A stretch of 64,000 bases of DNA from an uncultured Faecalibacterium sp. (lineage in GTDB: Bacteria > Bacillota > Clostridia > Christensenellales > CAG-917). This document shows, piece by piece, positions 1 to 10,382 of the stretch (position 1 is the first letter of the stretch; each line of letters starts with the position of its first letter). Both the position numbers and the translations under genes were made by a program. Below the pieces are notes generated by a model, which saw only the letters and a program-made list of their open reading frames with translations, ran no database searches and was not told the origin of the DNA. The stretch is taken from the NCBI GenBank assembly GCA_964495385.1, contig CAZBVO010000005.1:252-64251 (forward strand), in the 5' to 3' direction.

Positions 1-341
1 CATCTTTGAACGCCGCCGTCGGAGGCAGAGAGGGGTTCGATCCGTTTTACGGGGCTCCTGCAGTTCTTGTAGTGTTGGCGGACAAAAGCTTTTTGACTTA
101 CGTTTACGACGGAAGCCTCACTATGGGCAACATGATGCTTGCCGCAAACGCTTTGGGGCTGGGCAGCTGCTGGGTGCATAGGGCGAAAGAGGTTTTTGAA
201 AGCGAACGCGGCAAACAGATTTTGGCCGAACTGGGGGTTTCGGGCGAGTATGAAGGCATCGGCAATCTTATCGTCGGATACGCCGACGGCGAACCTAAGC
301 AGGCGGCTCCGAGAAGAGAGGGGCGTGTGTTCGGAAAATAA
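1..341 (+). CDS. nitroreductase family protein, C-terminal fragment (5' end lies outside the window)
   Basis: The frame is open to the window edge. The tail LGLGSCWVHRAKEVF...GIGNLIVGYADGEP resembles the C-terminal part of FMN-dependent nitroreductase-fold proteins. Stop TAA at 339-341. Confidence 0.65.
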   Translation, partial: SLNAAVGGREGFDPFYGAPAVLVVLADKSFLTYVYDGSLTMGNMMLAANALGLGSCWVHRAKEVFESERGKQILAELGVSGEYEGIGNLIVGYADGEPKQAAPRREGRVFGK

Positions 342-353
342 GCCGACGAACCG

Positions 354-382
354 TTGACAAACAAAAGGGCGAATAGTAAAAT
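354..382 (+). promoter_or_regulatory. candidate sigma-A promoter for the esterase gene (TTGACA-N17-TAAAAT)
   Basis: TTGACA at 354-359, a 17-nt spacer, and TAAAAT at 377-382, about 35 nt upstream of the ATG at 417. Confidence 0.55.
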
Positions 383-416
383 TTTAGGTGCATAGCCAAA
401 AAGGAGACCGGATTAT

Positions 417-1412
417 ATGTTAAAAACACCTGTTATGAGCAAAATTTTCGACGTTGTCGAAGCAAGCAGAGCCAAACCGAACGGCCGCTCGCCGTTTGTG
501 GACGAAATAGAGGTTTTGCACGACGTCGTTTATAAAACCGTTGACGGAAAAGATTTGGTGATGGACATTTATCTTCCACCAAAATCGGACAAAAAAGCAC
601 CGGTCGTGCTTGAAATTCCGGGCGGCGGCTGGATGATTCACAACAGAAAAAGAAGAGACGGTTATGCAAGGCTGTTTGCCGTTATGGGCGCGGCCGTTTG
701 TGTCATAGATCACCGACTTTCGCCGGAAGTGTTTTTCCCTGAGAATTTGAAAGACGTAGTCGATGCCGCCAACTTTATTGCCGACAATGCCGAAAAGTAC
801 AATTTCGACGCCTCTAATCTTACGGTCACGGGCGACAGCTCGGGCGGACATCTGGCCGCCTGCCTCGCTTGCGCATCGTCGGTTGAAGGATACGGCGAAA
901 AGCTGGGGCTGGCTCCGCTGAAAACAAAGGTTTCAAACTGTATATTCATTTCGGGTGCTTTCAGCTTCGAAACAATGTACCGCATTCCTTGCACGCACTT
1001 GTTGATGGTAAGGTATTTCAGCGGTCAAAAAACCAGAAAAGCATTCAGAAAGTGGGAGTTTTACCGTGAGGCCGATCCGTACAACTACATAACACCTGAT
1101 TTTCCGGAATCTTACAACAACGGCGGCGGAAGCGATTTGCTGTGCCTCGGCGAAGCAAAACGCATGGCAGGTTATCTGAATGCCGCAGGGGTTAAAAACC
1201 AATACAACGTCGGCAAAAATATCTTCAACAACGCGCACTGCTACGTTTTGCGTTTGCCGTTTAAACCTGCGCGCAGGGACATGCTGAAAATTATGGAGTG
1301 GTATGCCGAAAAACAGGCCGAAAGAGGAGTGAACCTCTCGGAAGGGCTTGTAAGGGTGACCACCTTCCTTGTGGATTACAAAAGAGCGCTTAAGGGCGAA
1401 GTCAAATGCTGA
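417..1412 (+). CDS. alpha/beta hydrolase (family IV / HSL-type carboxylesterase-lipase)
   Basis: 331-aa ORF with AGGAG about 10 nt upstream. It has the oxyanion-hole motif PGGGW and the nucleophile elbow GDSSGGH, both typical of Abhydrolase_3 esterases. Confidence 0.8.
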   Translation: MLKTPVMSKIFDVVEASRAKPNGRSPFVDEIEVLHDVVYKTVDGKDLVMDIYLPPKSDKKAPVVLEIPGGGWMIHNRKRRDGYARLFAVMGAAVCVIDHRLSPEVFFPENLKDVVDAANFIADNAEKYNFDASNLTVTGDSSGGHLAACLACASSVEGYGEKLGLAPLKTKVSNCIFISGAFSFETMYRIPCTHLLMVRYFSGQKTRKAFRKWEFYREADPYNYITPDFPESYNNGGGSDLLCLGEAKRMAGYLNAAGVKNQYNVGKNIFNNAHCYVLRLPFKPARRDMLKIMEWYAEKQAERGVNLSEGLVRVTTFLVDYKRALKGEVKC

Positions 1413-1531
1413 CGGCCGTTCAAAAACGACATTTTTGAACAAATAGCACGATTATTTTTGAATTTGTGCCTAAAAAGCGTTGATTTTGCAAACTTAATTG
1501 TGATATACTTTTGGCAAATCACGAGGTAATT

Positions 1532-1963
1532 ATGCAATATAACGTAGTCGTAACTTCAAAAAACGAGGGGCTTTCCGACCGCATCGCCGCACTTGTGGCT
1601 GAACGGTTGGAACTTTTCTATTTGTCCTTTTCCGACCTCATTTTGTACAACGCAAACCGTCCGTCGAGAGAAGCGATAATCGAAGACGGCGGCACTGAAT
1701 GGTTTTATCGGTTGCATCACGGCGCGGCGTCCGATTTGGCGGAATACGAAAACACCGTCATCGGCATTGCGGTGGACGATTTCGACTACGAAGTTTACTT
1801 GGCGGTTCGTCCGCGTTCCGTTCTTTGCTATGTGGCAACCGAGGGCGACGACACCGACACCGACGGATTCGACGTGGTGGTAAACGCTTCGGAACGAAAC
1901 GTAGGCGAAACGGTCAAACTGATGACCGAAAAAATATGCGAACTGAGTCGCGTAAAAAACTGA
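1532..1963 (+). CDS. hypothetical protein, shikimate-kinase-like pattern without a Walker A P-loop
   Basis: ATG at 1532 with GAGG 6 nt upstream; the track's TTG at 1511 is a less likely start. The layout (beta1 NVVVTS, helix RIAALVAERLELFYLSFSDLI, C-terminal DVVVNASER...) parallels AroK-type kinases, but GxxGxGKS/T is replaced by TSKNEGLS. Confidence 0.55.
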   Translation: MQYNVVVTSKNEGLSDRIAALVAERLELFYLSFSDLILYNANRPSREAIIEDGGTEWFYRLHHGAASDLAEYENTVIGIAVDDFDYEVYLAVRPRSVLCYVATEGDDTDTDGFDVVVNASERNVGETVKLMTEKICELSRVKN

Positions 1964-1992
1964 CGGTAAATCGGCCGAACCGATTTTGATTT

Positions 1993-2020
1993 AAAGCAGG
2001 CATAATGCCTGCTTTTTGTT
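1993..2020 (+). terminator. rho-independent terminator
   Basis: Stem AGCAGGCA (1995-2002) pairs with TGCCTGCT (2006-2013), followed by a T-run at 2014-2018. Confidence 0.8.
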
Positions 2021-2133
2021 TTGTCTTAACCACGGCACGAATTTCAAAACGGTGCAAAACGGGGGAATTTCCGTGGGCGAGGTTGTTTTTTTGCGCTTTC
2101 ACCGAAAAATATTCAATTTTGCGACACAGATTA

Positions 2134-2162
2134 TTGAAATTTCTTTTGCATTTTGCTATAAT
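2134..2162 (+). promoter_or_regulatory. candidate sigma-A promoter of the glycogen operon (TTGAAA-N17-TGc-TATAAT)
   Basis: TTGAAA at 2134-2139, a 17-nt spacer ending in TGC (extended -10), and TATAAT at 2157-2162. GAGG RBS at 2184-2187, ATG at 2195. Confidence 0.6.
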
Positions 2163-2194
2163 ATCATTGAATAATATTATATTTGAGGTAAGTT

Positions 2195-4099
2195 ATGGAC
2201 AAATACGGCACCGACGTTCCCGTTTATCTTTTCGGCGAGGGTACCAATTATGAAGCCTACAAGCTGTTTTCGCCTGCCGAATACAGCGAAAACGGCGTGC
2301 GTAAATGGCGGTTCAGGGTTTGGGCTCCGAATGCGGACCGAGTCAGCCTTGTCGGCGATTTTAACGACTGGAACACCGAAACGACGCCGCTATTGAAGGG
2401 TAGCGGAGGAATTTGGGAGACTTCCGTTGAAGGGCTTAAGCAGTTTGACGTCTACAAATATGCCGTAACAAAAGGGGGCAAAACAACCCTTAAAACCGAT
2501 CCGTACGGGCTTCACTTCGAGACGGCGCCTTCAAACGGTGCAAAACTATATAAACTTGACGGCTACAAGTGGAAAGATTCCGAATGGATGCAAAGCCGAG
2601 AAAAGGTAAATCCGTATCAAAGTCCGATAAACATCTACGAGGTGCATGCAGGCAGTTGGAAGCGCTATGAGGACGGCAACGTGTTGGACTACAAAAAACT
2701 TGCCGACGAATTGGTTCCTTACGTCAAAAAGATGAACTATACGCACGTCGAGCTTATGCCCGTCACCGAATATCCTTTTGACGGAAGTTGGGGCTATCAG
2801 GTTACCGGGATGTTTGCGCCGACAAGCCGTTACGGAACTCCGAAAGACTTTATGTATTTCGTTGACAAATGTCACAGGGCCGGCATAGGCGTTATTTTGG
2901 ATTTCGTGCTTGCGCATTTCCCGAAAGACGAACACGGGCTGGCATTGTTTGACGGCACTCCGTGTTACGAATACGCCAACCCTAAAAAGGGCGAGCATAA
3001 GGAATGGGGAACAAAGGTTTTTGACTATTCAAAAAGAGAAGTCAGAAGTTTTCTTATTTCGGCAGTCAATTTTTGGTTCGAAAGGTACCATATCGACGGA
3101 GTGCGCTGCGATGCCGTTGCGTCGATGCTCTACTTGGACTATGCCAAAAAACCGGGCGAGTGGGAACCTAACTGCTTCGGCGGAAATCACAATCTCGAGG
3201 CAAAGGACTTTTTGAAACAACTCAACACCGCCATCTTGACCAAGCATAAAGGTGCGTTGACCATTGCGGAGGAGTCGACGGCTTACCCGATGGTTACCAT
3301 GCCGCCGCAGGTGGGAGGCCTCGGGTTCAACTTCAAATGGAACATGGGCTGGATGAACGACGGGCTGTCATACTTGAAAACTGATCCGTTTTTCAGAAAA
3401 GGGTGCCACCACAAACTGACTTTCGGCATAACGTATGCTTACAGCGAAAATTACATCCTTCCGCTGTCTCACGACGAGGTGGTTCACGGCAAACTTTCGC
3501 TTATAAACCGCGCCCCGACTTCGTATGAAGACAAGTTTGAAAACCTCAAAACCTTTTACGGCTATATGATGAGCCATCCGGGCAAAAAACTGCTGTTTAT
3601 GGGCGGCGAGTTCGGTCAGTTTATCGAGTGGAGGTACGCCGAGCAGCTCGATTGGTTGCTGTTGGACTATCCTAAACACAGAGAACTCAAGGCTTTTGTG
3701 AAGGATTTGAACGCCTTTTATTTGCAAACGCCTGCGCTTTACGAATTGGACACCGAGGAGAGAGGCTTCAGATGGTCAAGCGTGGACGACTGCGAACAGA
3801 ACGTCTATTCCTACGTCAGATTCGACAAGGCGGGCGAACCGTTGCTGGTTGTTTTGAACTTCGGTTCCGTCAAACGCGAGCGCTACCGCATGGGCGTGCC
3901 GCACAAGGGAAAATACAAGGCGGTGTTTACGTCGACCTTGAAAAAATACGGCGGAAACTCGGACAAAAAACCTTGCTATTCGTCCAAAAAAACTCCGGCG
4001 CACGGTTTCGATCAAAGCATAACGGTGAACATTCCGGCTTTTTCGGTAACGTATTTTAAAGTTCAAAAAACAGATTCGTCTTCGGACGACAAAGCATAA
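2195..4099 (+). CDS. glgB: 1,4-alpha-glucan branching enzyme
   Basis: 634 aa with GH13 branching-enzyme motifs DFVLAHF, GVRCDAVASM and IAEEST, plus an N-terminal CBM48-like region. It is the first gene of a glgBCDAP-type cluster. Confidence 0.95.
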   Translation: MDKYGTDVPVYLFGEGTNYEAYKLFSPAEYSENGVRKWRFRVWAPNADRVSLVGDFNDWNTETTPLLKGSGGIWETSVEGLKQFDVYKYAVTKGGKTTLKTDPYGLHFETAPSNGAKLYKLDGYKWKDSEWMQSREKVNPYQSPINIYEVHAGSWKRYEDGNVLDYKKLADELVPYVKKMNYTHVELMPVTEYPFDGSWGYQVTGMFAPTSRYGTPKDFMYFVDKCHRAGIGVILDFVLAHFPKDEHGLALFDGTPCYEYANPKKGEHKEWGTKVFDYSKREVRSFLISAVNFWFERYHIDGVRCDAVASMLYLDYAKKPGEWEPNCFGGNHNLEAKDFLKQLNTAILTKHKGALTIAEESTAYPMVTMPPQVGGLGFNFKWNMGWMNDGLSYLKTDPFFRKGCHHKLTFGITYAYSENYILPLSHDEVVHGKLSLINRAPTSYEDKFENLKTFYGYMMSHPGKKLLFMGGEFGQFIEWRYAEQLDWLLLDYPKHRELKAFVKDLNAFYLQTPALYELDTEERGFRWSSVDDCEQNVYSYVRFDKAGEPLLVVLNFGSVKRERYRMGVPHKGKYKAVFTSTLKKYGGNSDKKPCYSSKKTPAHGFDQSITVNIPAFSVTYFKVQKTDSSSDDKA

Positions 4100-4120
4100 A
4101 AGATAAGGAGGAAAGATTTT

Positions 4121-5314
4121 ATGCAAGCAAAAAAAGAATGTCTGGCAATGCTTCTTGCCGGCGGACAGGGCACCAGGCTCGGCGTTTTGACAGAAGATAT
4201 GGCTAAGCCGGCCGTGCCTTTCGGCGGAAAATATCGAATCATCGATTTTCCTATTTCAAACTGCATAAACAGCGATATAGACACGGTGGGCGTGTTGACG
4301 CAGTACCGTCCTTTCGAACTGCATCAATACATCGGAAACGGACAACCGTGGGATTTGGACCGCCTGAACGGAGGTATTTTCGTGTTGCCGCCGTACATGA
4401 GGGCAAAATCGGGCGAATGGTACAAGGGTACCGCAAACGCCATTTATCAAAACATCGATTTTATCGACCGTTATAATCCGGATTACGTGGTGCTTTTGTC
4501 GGGTGACCACATCTATAAAATGAATTATGACAGGATGCTGGATGCGCACAAGAGCAACAATGCCGATTGCACGATAGCCGTTTTGAACGTTTCTATCGAG
4601 GAAGCGCACCGCTTCGGCATTATGGAAACCGACGACAATAATCGCATAGTTGCCTTTGAAGAAAAACCAAAGCAACCTAAATCCACCAAAGCGTCCATGG
4701 GCATTTACATCTTTACCTGGGACAAACTGCGCAGCTATTTGATTGCCGACGAAAATAATCCGGAAAGCGAAAACGATTTCGGCAAAAACGTTATACCTGC
4801 AATGCTTGCCGACGGACAACGTATGTTTGCGTACGAGTTTGACGGCTACTGGAAGGACGTAGGGACTATAAGCAGCTTGTGGGAAGCAAATATGGATTTG
4901 CTTGACAGCGCAAGCGGATTGGACATCGACGATCCGAACTGGAAAATTTATGCGCGAAATTCTGCCGAACCGCCTCAATACCTGGCGGCGGACGCTACGG
5001 TCAAAAACTCGATAATCAGCGAGGGCTGTCTCATCGAGGGCGAAATCGGACACAGCGTCATCAGCCACGGCTGTACGGTCGGAAAAGGCGCGGTTGTTTT
5101 TGACAGCATTTTGATGCCGGGCGCAACGGTTAAAGCGGGCGCAACGGTCAGACACGCCATAGTGGGCTGGGATGCAACGGTAGGCGTCGGCGCAACGGTT
5201 GGCAGCGAGCAAAAGGCTCCTGTAGGCGGCGAATGGAAAATCGCCGTGGTTGCACCGAATCTTTCGATTGCCGACGGCAGAGTTGTCGGCGAAGGCCAAA
5301 TGGTAAGAGAATAG
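4121..5314 (+). CDS. glgC: glucose-1-phosphate adenylyltransferase, catalytic subunit
   Basis: AAGGAGG RBS. N-terminal [13 protein letters not shown] nucleotidyltransferase motif and a C-terminal left-handed beta-helix hexapeptide region. Confidence 0.95.
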   Translation: MQAKKECLAMLLAGGQGTRLGVLTEDMAKPAVPFGGKYRIIDFPISNCINSDIDTVGVLTQYRPFELHQYIGNGQPWDLDRLNGGIFVLPPYMRAKSGEWYKGTANAIYQNIDFIDRYNPDYVVLLSGDHIYKMNYDRMLDAHKSNNADCTIAVLNVSIEEAHRFGIMETDDNNRIVAFEEKPKQPKSTKASMGIYIFTWDKLRSYLIADENNPESENDFGKNVIPAMLADGQRMFAYEFDGYWKDVGTISSLWEANMDLLDSASGLDIDDPNWKIYARNSAEPPQYLAADATVKNSIISEGCLIEGEIGHSVISHGCTVGKGAVVFDSILMPGATVKAGATVRHAIVGWDATVGVGATVGSEQKAPVGGEWKIAVVAPNLSIADGRVVGEGQMVRE

Positions 5315-5324
5315 GAGGCGGAAT

Positions 5325-6443
5325 ATGTTAAACAACACAATGAGCATCATTTTTGCAGGCACTACCGAAAGTCATCTCAACGAACTTACCATTCACCGCA
5401 CCATAGCTTCGCTTCCGTACGGCGGCAGATACCGTTTTATCGATTTTTCGCTTTCCAACCTGGTAAACAGCGGCATCGACAAAATCGGTATCGTAACCAA
5501 AAACAACTACAACAGTCTTATGGACCATCTCCGCATGGGCAGGGACTGGGATTTGAACCGTAAAAACGGCGGCATTACGCTTTTCCCTCCGTTCGGACTC
5601 AACACGTTGCGTGAAGTGTATCGCGGCAAAATCGAAGCGCTTTATTCAATCCGCAACTTTATAAGAGATTCCAAAGAGGAGTACGTCGTCGTGGCAAACG
5701 CAAACTGCGTTTATACGGTCAATTACGAAGACGTCGTGAAAAAACACGTCGACAGCGGCGCGGACATCACGATGCTTACATATCGCACAACGGAGTTCGG
5801 CGGGCACAAAATGGTTGTCGAAACCGACAAAAACGGCATGGTTACCGATTTTGCCTATGCAAACGAATTCGACAAAACCGAAAGGCTTGCAAACATGCTT
5901 ATCTACGTTGCCAGAAAGGACATTTTGCTGTCGTTGGTTGAGGCGGCGTACACCAGAGGCCTTATCGATTTCGAGCGTGACATCATCTTTAGAAAACGCG
6001 ACGAGCTGAAGCTTTTTGCTTACGAGGTCGCAGGATACGTTGCCGTCATCGACGATATTCCTTCTTACTTTAAGCACAATATGGACCTTTTGGACGGCTC
6101 GGTCAGGGAAAATTTGTTCCGTGACGAAAACGGCCCTATCCGCACCAAGGTTAAAGACAGCGTTCCTACAAGGTACCTTGAGGACGCTTGCGTCAAAAAC
6201 AGCCTCATCGCAGACGGCTGCGTAATCAACGGAACCGTCGAAAACAGCATTTTGTTCCGTGGCGTTACCGTCGAAAAGGGCGCACGGGTCAGAAACAGCA
6301 TCATCATGGAACACGGCGTTATAGGTATGGATGCCAACGTGGACTACGTTATCACCGACAAGAGCGTTGTGGTGCAGAAAGACAGACATTTGTCGGGATA
6401 CGAAACCTATCCGATAGTTATAGTTAAAGGCAAAACCGTTTAA
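5325..6443 (+). CDS. glgD: glucose-1-phosphate adenylyltransferase, GlgD regulatory subunit
   Basis: A GlgC paralog lacking the GGxGxRL motif (FAGTTESHLNELT instead). It sits directly after glgC, as in Firmicutes glgCD pairs. AGGAGG RBS. Confidence 0.9.
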   Translation: MLNNTMSIIFAGTTESHLNELTIHRTIASLPYGGRYRFIDFSLSNLVNSGIDKIGIVTKNNYNSLMDHLRMGRDWDLNRKNGGITLFPPFGLNTLREVYRGKIEALYSIRNFIRDSKEEYVVVANANCVYTVNYEDVVKKHVDSGADITMLTYRTTEFGGHKMVVETDKNGMVTDFAYANEFDKTERLANMLIYVARKDILLSLVEAAYTRGLIDFERDIIFRKRDELKLFAYEVAGYVAVIDDIPSYFKHNMDLLDGSVRENLFRDENGPIRTKVKDSVPTRYLEDACVKNSLIADGCVINGTVENSILFRGVTVEKGARVRNSIIMEHGVIGMDANVDYVITDKSVVVQKDRHLSGYETYPIVIVKGKTV

Positions 6444-6487
6444 TTTGTTCGGCTAAGGCAGATGCCGACACAAAACAAGGAGACTTT

Positions 6488-7900
6488 ATGAAAATTTTGT
6501 TCGTTACAGGCGAAGCCGCTCCGTTTTTGAGGACGGGCGGATTGGGCGACGTTGCAGGAGCATTGCCTCAGGCGGTAAAGGCTTTGGGGCACGACATCCG
6601 CATCGTTATGCCGCTTTATCAGGGCATTTCCGAGGAAAACCGCAAAAAAATGCGCTACCTCGGCAACACCTTTGTGGACGTCGGTTGGCGTAGGCAGTAT
6701 ATGGGCGTTTTCGAAGCGGAAGCGTCGGGCGTGACCTATTATTTTATCGACAACGAGTACTACTTCAACAGAAGCGGCCTCTATGGTCATTTCGACGACG
6801 GCGAAAGGTTTGCTTATTTTAGCAAAGCGGCTTTGGAAATGACCAAAATTACGGGCTTCGAGCCTGACGTCATCCATTGCAACGATTGGCAAACCGCTCT
6901 CGTTCCGGTGTTTTTGGATTGCTTCTACAGGGGAGTGGACTCATACAAAAACACCAAAACCATGCTTACCATTCACAACATCGAATTTCAGGGACAGTTC
7001 GACCGCTTTATTATAGGCGACATTTTGGGAGTTCCGTCCGATTGGGAAAGCGTTTTGGAATGGCGCGGAGCTTGCAACTATTTAAAAGCAGGCATCGAGC
7101 GTGCAAATTTGGTGACGACGGTTTCGGAAACTTATGCCGACGAACTTCAACACAGTTTTTATGCGTTCGGGCTTGAAAGCATTTTAAGCGACAGAAGATA
7201 CAAGCTTAGGGGCGTCATCAACGGCATCGACACAAAACTTTACGATCCGGCCTCCGACAAAAATCTTTACGTCAACTACAATGCCGAAACCGTGAAAAAG
7301 CGTTTGCAAAACAAAAAACGCCTTTGTAAGGAATTAGGGTTGGAATATGCGGAAAACAGACCTGTTTTGGCAATAGTGTCCCGCTTGACCGAGCAAAAAG
7401 GCCTTGATTTGATTTCGCCTGTTTTGGACGAACTTTTGAAGGCCGATTTGCAACTTGTCGTTTTGGGAACGGGCGACTGGCGTTACGAGCAGATGTTCAA
7501 AAACGCCGCCGAACGCTATCCGGATAAGGTGCGTGCCATAATAAGTTTCAGCGGCGCGTTGGCACAAAAAATTTACGGCAGCGCAGACATATTCCTGATG
7601 CCGTCCAAGCAGGAGCCTTGCGGACTGGGACAGATGATTGCCATGCGTTACGGGGCAGTGCCCGTGGTCAGAGAAACCGGCGGCCTTAAAGACAGCGTGC
7701 GTCCGTTTGACGGCAGCGAAGGCACTGGCTTTACTTTCAAAAGCTACAATCCGTACGACATGTTGGACGCCATTTGGCGCGCAGTAGGCGTTTATTTTGA
7801 CAAAAAACAATGGTCAAAGGTTCAACTCGGGGCAATGAAGTGCGATTTTGGTTGGGAAACGTCGGCAAATAAATATTGCGAATTTTACCAATCGCTTTAA
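6488..7900 (+). CDS. glgA: glycogen synthase (ADP-glucose type, GT5)
   Basis: N-terminal MKILFVTGEAAPFLRTGGLGDV (KTGGL-type motif) and a C-terminal PSKQEPCGLGQM...RETGGLKD. Confidence 0.95.
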   Translation: MKILFVTGEAAPFLRTGGLGDVAGALPQAVKALGHDIRIVMPLYQGISEENRKKMRYLGNTFVDVGWRRQYMGVFEAEASGVTYYFIDNEYYFNRSGLYGHFDDGERFAYFSKAALEMTKITGFEPDVIHCNDWQTALVPVFLDCFYRGVDSYKNTKTMLTIHNIEFQGQFDRFIIGDILGVPSDWESVLEWRGACNYLKAGIERANLVTTVSETYADELQHSFYAFGLESILSDRRYKLRGVINGIDTKLYDPASDKNLYVNYNAETVKKRLQNKKRLCKELGLEYAENRPVLAIVSRLTEQKGLDLISPVLDELLKADLQLVVLGTGDWRYEQMFKNAAERYPDKVRAIISFSGALAQKIYGSADIFLMPSKQEPCGLGQMIAMRYGAVPVVRETGGLKDSVRPFDGSEGTGFTFKSYNPYDMLDAIWRAVGVYFDKKQWSKVQLGAMKCDFGWETSANKYCEFYQSL

Positions 7901-7941
7901 ACCATCAACAAAATTATCATATACAGGAGAACACGACTCTA

Positions 7942-10380
7942 ATGGACTATTCTAAACTCAACTCTTCGGACATCAAAAACCTTATTGCCAAAAAATGCGA
8001 AAACAGTTTTGGAATAAAAACCGAAGAGGCCAGCAAAAATCAGATATATCAATGCGTATGCTTTGTTGTCAGAGACCTTTTAACGCAAACTCGCTTGGAG
8101 TTTAAAAAGAAAGTCAGAGAACAAAATTTGAAGCACGTTTACTATATGTCGATGGAATTTTTGCTGGGCAGATCCTTGAAAAATCACATCTACAACATGG
8201 GCATTCAAGACAAAGTCGTCGATGCGGTGAAACAGCTCGGCTTCGATATGGAAGACATTTACGTCATCGAACCGGACGCGGGGCTCGGCAACGGCGGTCT
8301 CGGACGTTTGGCGGCGGCTTATTTGGACAGTTTGACCAGTTGCGGTTACGTTGCCAGCGGATTTTCAATCCGTTACGATTACGGCATCTTTAAACAAAAA
8401 ATCGTTGACGGCTATCAAGTGGAATTGCCGGACAACTGGCTGGAAAACGGCAGTGTATGGCTGGCTCCTCGCACCGAAGATACCTTTGAAGTGCACTTCG
8501 GCGGAACCATAAACGAAACCTGGATGGACGGTAAATTGCACGTCGAACATAAAGATTACACCACCATTTTGGCCGTTCCGTACGATATGAACGTATCGGG
8601 CATTATGCCGGACGTCGTAAACAGATTGAGACTTTGGAGCAGCAAGGCGCCTACCGATTTCGACATGACGCTTTTCTCGCGCGGCGAATACGTCAAGGCT
8701 ATGGAAGCAAAGGCGATGGCCGAAAGCATCAGCAAGGTTTTGTATCCTGCCGACGACCACATCGAAGGCAAAGCGTTGAGGCTTAAACAGCAATATTTCT
8801 TTGTTTCGGCATCCATGCAATCCATCATCAAACGCCACCTGCAAACCAATCCCAACCTCGACAACCTTGCGGACAAGGCGGCAATACACGTCAACGACAC
8901 GCACCCTACGCTGTGCATTCCTGAGTTGATGCGTATCCTTATGGACGATTACGGTTATGAATGGGACGATGCGTGGCGCATCACTTGCGACACCGTTTCT
9001 TACACCAACCACACGGTTATGGCGGAAGCTCTCGAAAAATGGCCGCAACATCTGTTCAGCAGTCTTTTGCCTCGCATTTTCCAAATCGTATGCGAAATCA
9101 ACGCCCGTTTTTGCGGCGAACTGTGGCAGAAATTCCCAGGGGATTACGGAAAAGTCAGCTACAATTCGATTATGGACAGCAACCAAATCAAAATGGCCAA
9201 CCTCTGTCTTGCGGCGTCGCACACCATCAACGGCGTGTCCGAGTTGCACAGCAACATCTTAAAAGACAGCATTTTCCGCGATTACTATTCCATTCATCCG
9301 GAAAAATTTACCAACGTCACCAACGGCATAACCTATCGCAGATGGCTTAATCAGGCAAACCCGGGATTGGCGGCACTTGTCAACGACCTCATCGGCGACG
9401 GCTACTACAAAGATGCGGACGAACTGAAAAAACTTGAAAAATTTGCCGACGACAAGGCGGTGTTGGACAGACTTCACGACGTTAAGCGCGAAAACAAGGT
9501 TCGCCTTGCAAATTATATTTTGCAGGCAAACGGCGTTTCGGTGGATCCGGACAGTATTTTCGACGTTCAGGTCAAGCGTTTGCACGAGTATAAACGTCAA
9601 CTTTTGAATGCTTTCAACATTCTCGATTTGTATTATCGCATTAAGGCAAATCCGAATCTCGACATCACGCCGAGGACCTTTGTGTTCGGTGCGAAAGCGG
9701 CTTCCAGCTACTTTATGGCAAAGGAAATCATTCGCCTTATTTACGTCATCGGGCAGATTATCAACAACGACAAGTCCATTGATGGCAAAATAAAAGTAGT
9801 TTTCCTTGAAAACTACCGCATTTCGTTGGCCGAAATTATTATACCGGCGGCGGATATTTCCGAGCAGATAAGCATTGCTGGCAAGGAAGCGTCCGGAACG
9901 GGCAATATGAAGTTTATGATCAACGGCGCCGTAACCGTCGGAACCTTGGACGGGGCAAACGTCGAAATTCATCAACGTGTCGGCGACGACAATATCGTGC
10001 TGTTCGGACTTCTGGCACACGAAGTGGAAGATTTGTTCAGACGCGGCTACACCGCAAGCGAATACTACATCAAAGACCAACGCTTGCGCCGCATAATCGA
10101 CAGCCTGCGCGACGGCATCGGCGGCAGTAAATTTGCCGAACTCGCCGACAGCCTCACCGTCGGACGCGGCGGAATTGCCGATCCATATATGGTTTTGGCC
10201 GATTTCGACAGCTACGTCAATGCGCAAAACAGAGTTGACGGTTTGTATAAGGACAAATACCGTTTCGGCCGTATGAGTCTTATGAACGTCGCAAACTCGG
10301 GATTCTTCTCTTCGGACAGAAGCGTTAAGGAATATGCCGACAGAATTTGGCACCTTACTCCGATCGATTCAAACAAATAG
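7942..10380 (+). CDS. glgP: glycogen/maltodextrin phosphorylase (GT35)
   Basis: PLP-lysine motif EASGTGNMKFMINGA and LGNGGLGRLAA. I prefer the ATG at 7942 (AGGAG at 7925-7929) over the track start at 7876, which overlaps the glgA 3' end. Confidence 0.93.
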   Translation: MDYSKLNSSDIKNLIAKKCENSFGIKTEEASKNQIYQCVCFVVRDLLTQTRLEFKKKVREQNLKHVYYMSMEFLLGRSLKNHIYNMGIQDKVVDAVKQLGFDMEDIYVIEPDAGLGNGGLGRLAAAYLDSLTSCGYVASGFSIRYDYGIFKQKIVDGYQVELPDNWLENGSVWLAPRTEDTFEVHFGGTINETWMDGKLHVEHKDYTTILAVPYDMNVSGIMPDVVNRLRLWSSKAPTDFDMTLFSRGEYVKAMEAKAMAESISKVLYPADDHIEGKALRLKQQYFFVSASMQSIIKRHLQTNPNLDNLADKAAIHVNDTHPTLCIPELMRILMDDYGYEWDDAWRITCDTVSYTNHTVMAEALEKWPQHLFSSLLPRIFQIVCEINARFCGELWQKFPGDYGKVSYNSIMDSNQIKMANLCLAASHTINGVSELHSNILKDSIFRDYYSIHPEKFTNVTNGITYRRWLNQANPGLAALVNDLIGDGYYKDADELKKLEKFADDKAVLDRLHDVKRENKVRLANYILQANGVSVDPDSIFDVQVKRLHEYKRQLLNAFNILDLYYRIKANPNLDITPRTFVFGAKAASSYFMAKEIIRLIYVIGQIINNDKSIDGKIKVVFLENYRISLAEIIIPAADISEQISIAGKEASGTGNMKFMINGAVTVGTLDGANVEIHQRVGDDNIVLFGLLAHEVEDLFRRGYTASEYYIKDQRLRRIIDSLRDGIGGSKFAELADSLTVGRGGIADPYMVLADFDSYVNAQNRVDGLYKDKYRFGRMSLMNVANSGFFSSDRSVKEYADRIWHLTPIDSNK

Positions 10381-10382
10381 AC

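Noticed and set aside
1418-1440. The hairpin GTTCAAAAA-CGACA-TTTTTGAAC after the esterase gene, as a possible terminator.
   Set aside because: The stem is almost entirely A/T, and there is no U-tract beyond the stem itself. It is too weak to call.
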